Assembly (NCBI RefSeq): GCF_000015025.1
Contig: NC_008578.1
Coordinates: 630,001-662,000, forward strand
Reading direction: 5' to 3'
DNA from: Acidothermus cellulolyticus 11B
GTDB taxonomy: Bacteria > Actinomycetota > Actinomycetes > Acidothermales > Acidothermaceae
DNA: 32,000 nt
Shown here: piece by piece, positions 25,010 through 32,000 of the stretch
How positions within the stretch are numbered: the first letter of the stretch is position 1
Layout of the letters: every line of letters begins with the position of its first letter
Notes under the pieces: generated by a model
What the model was told of the DNA's origin: nothing
Seen by the model: only the letters and a program-made list of their open reading frames with translations
Database searches by the model: none
Made by a program: the position numbers and the translations under genes

Positions 25010-28000
25010 ATGCCCGCCATCTCAAAACGGCTGCGAGCCGGCGTCCTCGCCGGGGCGGTGAGCATCGCAGCCTCCATCGTGCCGCTGGCGATGCAGCATC
25101 CTGCCATCGCCGCGACGCACGTCGACAATCCCTATGCGGGAGCGACCTTCTTCGTCAACCCGTACTGGGCGCAAGAAGTACAGAGCGAAGCGGCGAACCA
25201 GACCAATGCCACTCTCGCAGCGAAAATGCGCGTCGTTTCCACATATTCGACGGCCGTCTGGATGGACCGCATCGCTGCGATCAACGGCGTCAACGGCGGA
25301 CCCGGCTTGACGACATATCTGGACGCCGCCCTCTCCCAGCAGCAGGGAACCACCCCTGAAGTCATTGAGATTGTCATCTACGATCTGCCGGGACGCGACT
25401 GCGCGGCGCTCGCCTCCAACGGCGAACTGCCCGCTACGGCAGCAGGTTTGCAGACCTATGAAACGCAGTACATCGATCCGATTGCGAGTATCCTGAGCAA
25501 TCCGAAGTACTCCAGCCTGCGGATCGTGACGATCATTGAGCCGGACTCGCTGCCAAACGCGGTCACCAATATGAGCATTCAAGCGTGTGCAACGGCGGTG
25601 CCGTATTACGAGCAAGGCATCGAGTACGCGCTCACGAAATTGCACGCCATTCCGAACGTGTACATCTACATGGACGCCGCCCACTCCGGCTGGCTTGGGT
25701 GGCCCAATAATGCCAGCGGATACGTACAGGAAGTCCAGAAGGTCCTCAACGCGAGCATCGGGGTCAACGGCATCGACGGCTTCGTCACCAACACGGCGAA
25801 TTACACGCCGTTGAAGGAGCCGTTCATGACCGCCACCCAGCAGGTCGGCGGACAGCCGGTGGAGTCGGCGAATTTCTACCAGTGGAATCCTGACATCGAC
25901 GAAGCCGACTACGCGGCTGACTTGTACTCGCGGTTCGTCGCCGCTGGCTTCCCAAGCAGCATCGGCATGCTCATCGACACCTCACGCAACGGTTGGGGTG
26001 GTCCGAACGAACCAACAGGCCCGAGCACCGCGACCGATGTCAACACCTTCGTCAACCAGTCGAAGATTGACCTTCGGCAGCACCGCGGCCTGTGGTGCAA
26101 CCAGAACGGTGCGGGCCTCGGCCAGCCGCCGCAGGCAAGCCCGACGGACTTCCCGAACGCGCACCTCGACGCGTATGTCTGGATCAAGCCGCCGGGTGAG
26201 TCGGACGGCACAAGCGCTGCGAGCGATCCGACAACTGGCAAGAAGTCGGACCCCATGTGCGACCCGACGTACACGACGTCGTACGGGGTACTGACCAACG
26301 CGTTACCGAACTCCCCGATCGCCGGCCAGTGGTTCCCGGCGCAGTTTGACCAGCTTGTCGCGAACGCACGGCCAGCGGTGCCGACGTCGACCAGCTCGAG
26401 CCCGCCGCCTCCGCCGCCGAGTCCGTCGGCTTCGCCGAGTCCGAGCCCGAGTCCGAGCCCGAGCAGCTCGCCATCGCCGTCGCCGTCTCCGAGCTCGAGC
26501 CCGTCTCCGTCGCCGAGCCCGAGTCCGAGCCCGAGTAGCTCGCCGTCGCCGTCTCCGAGCTCGAGCCCGTCTCCGTCGCCGAGCCCGAGTCCGAGCCCGA
26601 GTAGCTCGCCGTCGCCGTCTCCGAGCTCGAGCCCGTCTCCGTCGCCGAGCCCGAGTCCGAGCCCGAGTAGCTCGCCGTCGCCGTCTCCGACGTCGTCGCC
26701 GGTGTCGGGTGGGCTGAAGGTGCAGTACAAGAACAATGATTCGGCGCCGAGTGACAACCAGATCAAACCGGGTCTCCAGTTGGTGAATACCGGGTCGTCG
26801 TCGGTGGATTTGTCGACGGTGACGGTGCGGTACTGGTTCACCCGGGATGGTGGGTCGTCGACACTGGTGTACAACTGTGACTGGGCGGCGATGGGGTGTG
26901 GGAATATCCGCGCCTCGTTCGGCTCGGTGAACCCGGCGACGCCGACGGCGGACACCTACCTGCAGTTGTCGTTCACTGGTGGAACGTTGGCCGCTGGTGG
27001 GTCGACGGGTGAGATTCAAAACCGGGTGAATAAGAGTGACTGGTCGAATTTCACCGAGACCAATGACTACTCGTATGGGACGAACACCACCTTCCAGGAC
27101 TGGACGAAGGTGACGGTGTACGTCAACGGCGTGTTGGTGTGGGGGACTGAACCGTCCGGCACCAGCCCCAGCCCCACACCATCCCCGAGCCCGAGCCCGA
27201 GCCCGAGCCCGGGTGGGGATGTGACGCCGCCGAGTGTGCCGACCGGCTTGGTGGTGACGGGGGTGAGTGGGTCGTCGGTGTCGTTGGCGTGGAATGCGTC
27301 GACGGATAACGTGGGGGTGGCGCATTACAACGTGTACCGCAACGGGGTGTTGGTGGGCCAGCCGACGGTGACCTCGTTCACCGACACGGGTTTGGCCGCG
27401 GGAACCGCGTACACCTACACGGTGGCCGCGGTGGACGCTGCGGGTAACACCTCCGCCCCATCCACCCCCGTCACCGCCACCACCACGAGTCCCAGCCCCA
27501 GCCCCACGCCGACGGGGACCACGGTCACCGACTGCACGCCCGGTCCTAACCAGAATGGTGTGACCAGCGTGCAGGGCGACGAATACCGGGTGCAGACCAA
27601 TGAGTGGAATTCGTCGGCCCAGCAGTGCCTCACCATCAATACCGCGACCGGTGCCTGGACGGTGAGCACTGCGAACTTCAGCGGTGGGACCGGCGGTGCG
27701 CCCGCGACGTATCCGTCGATCTACAAGGGCTGCCACTGGGGCAACTGCACCACGAAGAACGTCGGGATGCCGATTCAGATCAGTCAGATTGGTTCGGCTG
27801 TGACGTCGTGGAGTACGACGCAGGTGTCGTCGGGCGCGTATGACGTGGCCTACGACATTTGGACGAACAGTACCCCAACGACAACCGGTCAGCCAAACGG
27901 TACCGAAATCATGATTTGGCTGAATTCGCGTGGTGGGGTGCAGCCGTTCGGGTCGCAGACAGCGACGGGTGTGACGGTCGCTGGTCACACGTGGAATGTC

Positions 28001-28639
28001 TGGCAGGGTCAGCAGACCTCGTGGAAGATTATTTCCTACGTCCTGACCCCCGGTGCGACGTCGATCAGTAATCTGGATTTGAAGGCGATTTTCGCGGACG
28101 CCGCGGCACGCGGGTCGCTCAACACCTCCGATTACCTGCTCGACGTTGAGGCCGGGTTTGAGATCTGGCAAGGTGGTCAGGGCCTGGGCAGCAACTCGTT
28201 CAGCGTCTCCGTGACGAGCGGCACGTCCAGCCCGACACCGAGCCCGAGCCCGACGCCGACACCGAGCCCGACGCCGACACCGTCTCCGAGCCCGACCCCG
28301 TCGCCGAGTCCGACCAGCTCGCCGTCGTCGTCGGGTGTGGCGTGCCGGGCGACGTATGTGGTGAATAGTGATTGGGGTTCTGGGTTTACGGCGACGGTGA
28401 CGGTGACGAATACCGGGAGCCGGGCGACGAACGGGTGGACGGTGGCGTGGTCGTTTGGTGGGAATCAGACGGTCACGAACTACTGGAACACTGCGTTGAC
28501 CCAATCAGGTGCATCGGTGACGGCGACGAACCTGAGTTACAACAACGTGATCCAACCGGGTCAGTCGACCACCTTCGGATTCAACGGAAGTTACTCAGGA
28601 ACAAACGCCGCGCCGACGCTCAGCTGCACAGCCAGCTGA
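25010..28639 (+). CDS. Bifunctional secreted cellulase: GH6 - linker - CBM3 - Fn3 - GH12 - linker - CBM2
   Basis: 1209 aa from ATG 25010, with a GAGAGGA SD upstream. Signal peptide to AIA|ATH (mature protein from 25112). GH6 at 25112..26368 (IVIYDLPGRDCAALASNGE, GWLGWPNN). Ser/Pro linker at 26369..26710. CBM3 at 26711..27147. Fn3 at 27218..27486 (LAWNASTDNVGVAHYNVYRNG). GH12 at 27521..28216 (EIMIWLN, GFEIWQGG). CBM2 at 28340..28636. Confidence 0.95.
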   Translation: MPAISKRLRAGVLAGAVSIAASIVPLAMQHPAIAATHVDNPYAGATFFVNPYWAQEVQSEAANQTNATLAAKMRVVSTYSTAVWMDRIAAINGVNGGPGLTTYLDAALSQQQGTTPEVIEIVIYDLPGRDCAALASNGELPATAAGLQTYETQYIDPIASILSNPKYSSLRIVTIIEPDSLPNAVTNMSIQACATAVPYYEQGIEYALTKLHAIPNVYIYMDAAHSGWLGWPNNASGYVQEVQKVLNASIGVNGIDGFVTNTANYTPLKEPFMTATQQVGGQPVESANFYQWNPDIDEADYAADLYSRFVAAGFPSSIGMLIDTSRNGWGGPNEPTGPSTATDVNTFVNQSKIDLRQHRGLWCNQNGAGLGQPPQASPTDFPNAHLDAYVWIKPPGESDGTSAASDPTTGKKSDPMCDPTYTTSYGVLTNALPNSPIAGQWFPAQFDQLVANARPAVPTSTSSSPPPPPPSPSASPSPSPSPSPSSSPSPSPSPSSSPSPSPSPSPSPSSSPSPSPSSSPSPSPSPSPSPSSSPSPSPSSSPSPSPSPSPSPSSSPSPSPTSSPVSGGLKVQYKNNDSAPSDNQIKPGLQLVNTGSSSVDLSTVTVRYWFTRDGGSSTLVYNCDWAAMGCGNIRASFGSVNPATPTADTYLQLSFTGGTLAAGGSTGEIQNRVNKSDWSNFTETNDYSYGTNTTFQDWTKVTVYVNGVLVWGTEPSGTSPSPTPSPSPSPSPSPGGDVTPPSVPTGLVVTGVSGSSVSLAWNASTDNVGVAHYNVYRNGVLVGQPTVTSFTDTGLAAGTAYTYTVAAVDAAGNTSAPSTPVTATTTSPSPSPTPTGTTVTDCTPGPNQNGVTSVQGDEYRVQTNEWNSSAQQCLTINTATGAWTVSTANFSGGTGGAPATYPSIYKGCHWGNCTTKNVGMPIQISQIGSAVTSWSTTQVSSGAYDVAYDIWTNSTPTTTGQPNGTEIMIWLNSRGGVQPFGSQTATGVTVAGHTWNVWQGQQTSWKIISYVLTPGATSISNLDLKAIFADAAARGSLNTSDYLLDVEAGFEIWQGGQGLGSNSFSVSVTSGTSSPTPSPSPTPTPSPTPTPSPSPTPSPSPTSSPSSSGVACRATYVVNSDWGSGFTATVTVTNTGSRATNGWTVAWSFGGNQTVTNYWNTALTQSGASVTATNLSYNNVIQPGQSTTFGFNGSYSGTNAAPTLSCTAS
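26443..26690 (+). repeat. In-frame tandem array of a 66-bp (22-codon Ser/Pro) unit in the GH6-CBM3 linker
   Basis: Units 26515-26580 and 26581-26646 are identical. The third unit is identical for its first 44 nt (26647-26690). A 72-nt imperfect copy precedes them at 26443-26514. The encoded unit is [22 protein letters not shown]. Confidence 0.9.
26723..27159 (+). repeat. CBM3-encoding DNA module, copy A (437-nt core shared by three genes)
   Basis: Aligns without gaps to 30183-30619 and 31289-31725. The stretch 26792-27046 is identical in all three copies by eye. Confidence 0.95.
28324..28639 (+). repeat. CBM2-encoding DNA module, copy 1 (GH6/GH12 gene)
   Basis: Aligns without gaps to 30773-31088. 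I count 3 differences in the first 280 nt and 8 in the last 36 nt. Confidence 0.95.
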
Positions 28640-28666
28640 TCTCAGCGAAGCGGTTACCTTCACGAC

Positions 28667-28698
28667 GTGGTGGGGGCCTAGCGGTAGGCCCCCACCAC
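28667..28698 (+). terminator. Perfect 14-bp-stem hairpin after the GH6/GH12 gene
   Basis: GTGGTGGGGGCCTA-GCGG-TAGGCCCCCACCAC lies 28 nt after the stop. There is no clear U-tract. Confidence 0.7.
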
Positions 28699-28793
28699 CG
28701 AGTGAGGAGTCCGGCGCACTGAAAACAGCCTGAAAACAGCACGGACCTTACCAACGAGGCCATCTCTACATTGCGACCGATTGGACGGAGTCG

Positions 28794-31088
28794 ATGATGG
28801 GTCTAGTGCGTCGCCCTGCGCGAGCATTTGTTGCGACCGCGGCCGGCACTGCCGTTGCTGCCGCGGCGACGCTCGGCTCAATCACCATGCCGTCAGCCAC
28901 GGCAGCGCCGGCGGGATTCGTCACCGCATCCGGCGGTCAGTTCGTTCTGAACGGCCTTCCCTATCGTTACGGGGGAACGAACAACTATTACCTCAGCTAT
29001 CAGTCGCACGCCGACGTCGATGACGTGTTGGCCAAGGCTCAAGCGATGAATCTTTCTGTCATCCGGACCTGGGGTTTCATCGACATCGGCTCTCTTGACG
29101 GCTCCGTGCCCACAATCGATGGCAACAAGAACGGCTTCTACTTTCAGTACTGGGACCCGTCGACCGGCGCTCCGGCGTACAACGACGGGCCGACCGGCTT
29201 GCAAGGCCTTGACTACGCGATCGCGAGCGCGGCCGCGCACGGCCTTCGGGTGATTGTCGTCCTCACCAACGACTGGAAAGAATTTGGGGGAATGGATCAA
29301 TACGACAAGTGGTACGGCCTTCCTTACCACGACAACTTCTACACCGACCCCCGGACCCAGCAGGCGTACAAGAATTGGGTCAATCATCTACTGAACCGGG
29401 TCAACAGCATTACCGGCGTGACGTACAAGAACGATCCAACGATCTTTGCTTGGGAACTTGCCAATGAGCCGCGCTGCGTAGGAAGCGGCACATTACCAAC
29501 CTCGGGCACGTGCACTCAGGCGACCATTGTCAACTGGGTCGATCAAATGTCGGCGTACGTCAAAAGCATAGACCCTAACCATATGGTCTCGGTCGGCGAC
29601 GAAGGGTTCTACATTGGGTCAACGCAGGGAAGCGGCTGGCCATACAACGACCCGTCCGACGGCGTCGACAACAATGCTCTTCTCCGTGTCAAGAACATTG
29701 ACTTTGGCACGTATCACCTGTACCCGAATTACTGGGGCCAGAACGCGGACTGGGGAACGCAATGGATCAAGGATCATATTGCGAATGCCGCAGCGATCGG
29801 CAAGCCGACCATTCTCGAAGAATTCGGCTGGCAGGACACCGGGACCCGCGATTCCGTCTATCAGACGTGGACCCAGACTGTGCGTACGAACGGTGGAGCA
29901 GGCTGGAACTTCTGGATGCTCGCTGGGAATGTCAACGGCCAGCCATATCCGAACTATGACGGCTTCAACGTCTACTACCCAAGTTCAACAGCGACCGTCC
30001 TCGCCAGCGAGGCGCTCGCAATCAGTACCGGCACATCGCCTCCGCCGTCGCCGAGCTCGAGTCCATCCTCGTCGCCGTCTCCGTCGCCGTCTCCGTCGGC
30101 GTCTCCGTCGGCGTCTCCGTCGGCGTCTTCGTCGCCGAGCCCGTCTCCGTCGTCGTCGCCGGTGTCGGGTGGGGTGAAGGTGCAGTACAAGAACAATGAT
30201 TCGGCGCCGGGTGATAACCAGATCAAACCGGGTCTCCAGTTGGTGAATACGGGGTCGTCGTCGGTGGATTTGTCGACGGTGACGGTGCGGTACTGGTTCA
30301 CCCGGGATGGTGGGTCGTCGACACTGGTGTACAACTGTGACTGGGCGGCGATGGGGTGTGGGAATATCCGCGCCTCGTTCGGCTCGGTGAACCCGGCGAC
30401 GCCGACGGCGGACACCTACCTGCAGTTGTCGTTCACTGGTGGAACGTTGGCCGCTGGTGGGTCGACGGGTGAGATTCAAAACCGGGTGAATAAGAGTGAC
30501 TGGTCGAACTTTGATGAGACCAATGACTACTCGTATGGGACGAACACCGCCTTCCAGGATTGGACGAAGGTGACGGTGTATGTCAATGGCCGGCTGGTGT
30601 GGGGGACTGAACCGTCCGGCACCAGCCCCAGCCCCACACCCAGCCCCAGCCCAACCCCGTCCCCGAGCCCGAGCCCGACCCCAAGCCCCAGCTCCTCCCC
30701 ATCCCCGTCCCCGAGCCCCAGCCCCAGCCCTACGCCGTCCCCGTCGCCGAGCCCGTCGCCGTCGCCGAGTGTGTCGTCGTCGGGTGTGGGGTGCCGGGCG
30801 ACGTATGTGGTGAATAGTGATTGGGGTTCTGGGTTTACGGCGACGGTGACGGTGACGAATACCGGGAGCCGGGCGACGAGCGGGTGGACGGTGGCGTGGT
30901 CGTTTGGTGGGAATCAGACGGTCACGAACTACTGGAACACTGCGTTGACCCAATCAGGTGCATCGGTGACGGCGACGAACCTGAGCTACAACAACGTGAT
31001 CCAACCGGGTCAGTCGACCACCTTCGGATTCAACGGAAGTTACTCAGGAACAAACACCGCACCTACACTCACCTGCACGGCTAGTTGA
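28794..31088 (+). CDS. Secreted GH5 beta-mannanase - CBM3 - CBM2
   Basis: 764 aa. Signal peptide to ATA|APAGF. GH5 mannanase domain at about 28905..30035 (FVLNGLPYRYGGTNNYY, FAWELANEPRC, ILEEFGW). Linker, then CBM3 at 30171..30607, a second linker, then CBM2 at 30789..31085. I think this corresponds to the A. cellulolyticus ManA described by NREL, but that is from memory. Confidence 0.93.
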   Translation: MMGLVRRPARAFVATAAGTAVAAAATLGSITMPSATAAPAGFVTASGGQFVLNGLPYRYGGTNNYYLSYQSHADVDDVLAKAQAMNLSVIRTWGFIDIGSLDGSVPTIDGNKNGFYFQYWDPSTGAPAYNDGPTGLQGLDYAIASAAAHGLRVIVVLTNDWKEFGGMDQYDKWYGLPYHDNFYTDPRTQQAYKNWVNHLLNRVNSITGVTYKNDPTIFAWELANEPRCVGSGTLPTSGTCTQATIVNWVDQMSAYVKSIDPNHMVSVGDEGFYIGSTQGSGWPYNDPSDGVDNNALLRVKNIDFGTYHLYPNYWGQNADWGTQWIKDHIANAAAIGKPTILEEFGWQDTGTRDSVYQTWTQTVRTNGGAGWNFWMLAGNVNGQPYPNYDGFNVYYPSSTATVLASEALAISTGTSPPPSPSSSPSSSPSPSPSPSASPSASPSASSSPSPSPSSSPVSGGVKVQYKNNDSAPGDNQIKPGLQLVNTGSSSVDLSTVTVRYWFTRDGGSSTLVYNCDWAAMGCGNIRASFGSVNPATPTADTYLQLSFTGGTLAAGGSTGEIQNRVNKSDWSNFDETNDYSYGTNTAFQDWTKVTVYVNGRLVWGTEPSGTSPSPTPSPSPTPSPSPSPTPSPSSSPSPSPSPSPSPTPSPSPSPSPSPSVSSSGVGCRATYVVNSDWGSGFTATVTVTNTGSRATSGWTVAWSFGGNQTVTNYWNTALTQSGASVTATNLSYNNVIQPGQSTTFGFNGSYSGTNTAPTLTCTAS
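30183..30619 (+). repeat. CBM3-encoding DNA module, copy B (in the mannanase gene)
   Basis: See copy A. A and B also share flanking linker sequence (about 26691-27180 versus 30151-30640). Confidence 0.95.
30773..31088 (+). repeat. CBM2-encoding DNA module, copy 2 (mannanase gene)
   Basis: See copy 1. The E1 CBM2 (24597-24895) is homologous at the protein level but clearly divergent at the DNA level. Confidence 0.95.
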
Positions 31089-31168
31089 ACAAACAAGGAG
31101 GAGACAAAGGAATAGATGACTGTGCAGTCGAACTGTCTGGTAACAACGGAAAGGATAGGTCGGTAAAT

Positions 31169-32000
31169 ATGCCAGGATTACGACGGCGACTCCGCGCCGG
31201 TATCGTCTCGGCGGCGGCGTTGGGGTCGCTGGTTAGCGGGCTCGTTGCCGTCGCACCAGTCGCGCACGCGGCGGTGACTCTCAAAGCGCAGTATAAGAAC
31301 AATGATTCGGCGCCGAGTGACAACCAGATCAAACCGGGTCTCCAGTTGGTGAATACCGGGTCGTCGTCGGTGGATTTGTCGACGGTGACGGTGCGGTACT
31401 GGTTCACCCGGGATGGTGGGTCGTCGACACTGGTGTACAACTGTGACTGGGCGGCGATGGGGTGTGGGAATATCCGCGCCTCGTTCGGCTCGGTGAACCC
31501 GGCGACGCCGACGGCGGACACCTACCTGCAGTTGTCGTTCACTGGTGGAACGTTGGCCGCTGGTGGGTCGACGGGTGAGATTCAAAACCGGGTGAATAAG
31601 AGTGACTGGTCGAACTTTGATGAGACCAATGACTACTCGTATGGGACGAACACCACCTTCCAGGACTGGACGAAGGTGACGGTGTACGTCAACGGCGTGT
31701 TGGTCTGGGGGACCGAACCGTCCGGAGCGACGGCGTCTCCATCCGCGTCGGCGACGCCCAGCCCGTCCAGTTCACCGACCACGAGTCCGAGTTCGTCCCC
31801 GTCGCCGAGCAGCAGCCCGACGCCGACACCGAGCAGCTCGTCGCCGCCCCCGTCGTCCAACGACCCGTACATCCAGCGGTTCCTCACGATGTACAACAAG
31901 ATTCACGACCCAGCGAACGGCTACTTCAGCCCGCAGGGAATTCCCTACCACTCGGTAGAAACGCTCATCGTTGAGGCACCGGACTACGGGCACGAGACAA
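31169..32000 (+). CDS. Secreted CBM3 - linker - GH48 cellobiohydrolase (3' end outside window; absent from the ORF track because no stop is reached)
   Basis: My own translation from ATG 31169 gives MPGLRRRLRAGIVSAAALGSLVSGLVAVAPVAHA|AVTLKAQYKNNDSAPSDNQIKPG. The CBM3 runs to about 31713 and a Ser/Pro/Thr linker to about 31858. From there NDPYIQRFLTMYNKIHDPANGYFSPQGIPYHSVETLIVEAPDYGHET matches the conserved GH48 N-terminus. Confidence 0.9.
   Translation, partial: MPGLRRRLRAGIVSAAALGSLVSGLVAVAPVAHAAVTLKAQYKNNDSAPSDNQIKPGLQLVNTGSSSVDLSTVTVRYWFTRDGGSSTLVYNCDWAAMGCGNIRASFGSVNPATPTADTYLQLSFTGGTLAAGGSTGEIQNRVNKSDWSNFDETNDYSYGTNTTFQDWTKVTVYVNGVLVWGTEPSGATASPSASATPSPSSSPTTSPSSSPSPSSSPTPTPSSSSPPPSSNDPYIQRFLTMYNKIHDPANGYFSPQGIPYHSVETLIVEAPDYGHET
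31289..31725 (+). repeat. CBM3-encoding DNA module, copy C (N-terminal in the GH48 gene)
   Basis: See copy A. The domain sits N-terminal to the catalytic domain here, whereas it is internal in the other two genes. Confidence 0.95.

Noticed and set aside
26395-26700. Regularly spaced short repeats that could superficially look like a CRISPR array. The same applies to the linkers at 24413-24596, 30036-30170, 30608-30788 and 31714-31858.
   Set aside because: They are in-frame Ser/Pro/Thr linker codons inside continuous ORFs. There are no unique spacers, the repeat structure is not CRISPR-like, and no cas genes are present.
26303-28504. 733-aa minus-strand ORF, plus 25909..26955, 29985..30953, 29975..30415, 31081..31521 and 31178..31585 (all minus strand), and plus-strand Arg-rich ORFs such as 26346..26717 and 29614..30177.
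   Set aside because: They run antisense or out of frame to well-supported glycoside hydrolase genes. Their products are Arg/Pro/Gly low-complexity sequence (linker repeats read in other frames). The recurring peptide MSAVGVAGFTEPNEARIFPHPIAAQ... is simply the antisense of the repeated CBM3 module. Long stop-free frames are expected in high-GC DNA.

Overview
High-GC actinobacterial chromosome segment. I recognise the product of 23210..24898 as the E1 (Cel5A) endoglucanase of Acidothermus cellulolyticus (mature N-terminus [42 protein letters not shown]). The window is therefore most likely the A. cellulolyticus 11B region that runs into its known glycoside-hydrolase cluster; this is recollection and should be confirmed by BLAST. 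Layout from left to right: a partial soluble MgtE-N/CBS protein plus an NRAMP-family transporter with a Mg-type binding-site signature (1-2546). The cydABDC cytochrome bd operon (2543-8474, minus strand). tatB. lsr2. A secreted GH18 chitinase preceded by DasR-type dre boxes. An SMP-30/gluconolactonase protein. A ZIP metal transporter preceded by a DtxR/IdeR/MntR-type box. An MFS(DHA2)-MarR pair. A DUF62 SAM hydrolase. hsp20 preceded by a near-perfect CIRCE. A YdeP-type molybdopterin oxidoreductase. A PAP2 phosphatase. A TasA/camelysin-like exported protein and a small putative Tat lipoprotein. Finally (23210-32000, plus strand) four consecutive multidomain secreted glycoside hydrolases: GH5-CBM2 (E1), GH6-CBM3-Fn3-GH12-CBM2, GH5 mannanase-CBM3-CBM2, and CBM3-GH48 (cut by the window end). 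I saw no rRNA, tRNA, CRISPR, transposase or phage genes. The best leads are these. (a) Two identical, gene-oriented CelR/CebR-like boxes (TGGGATCGTTCCCA) flank the divergent region between E1 and an uncharacterised lipoprotein / TasA-like gene pair, which may place those unknown exported proteins in the cellulose regulon. (b) The CBM3 and CBM2 modules are nearly identical at the nucleotide level but mosaic across three and two genes respectively, which points to gene conversion or module shuffling, and one linker carries a perfect 66-bp tandem array. (c) A stand-alone MgtE cytoplasmic sensor sits next to an NRMT-like NRAMP. (d) Recognisable operators occur in unusual contexts: CIRCE at hsp20 and a DtxR-family box at a ZIP gene. 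All coordinates were indexed by hand. The ORF track uses ATG, GTG or TTG and the longest extension, so I revised several starts.
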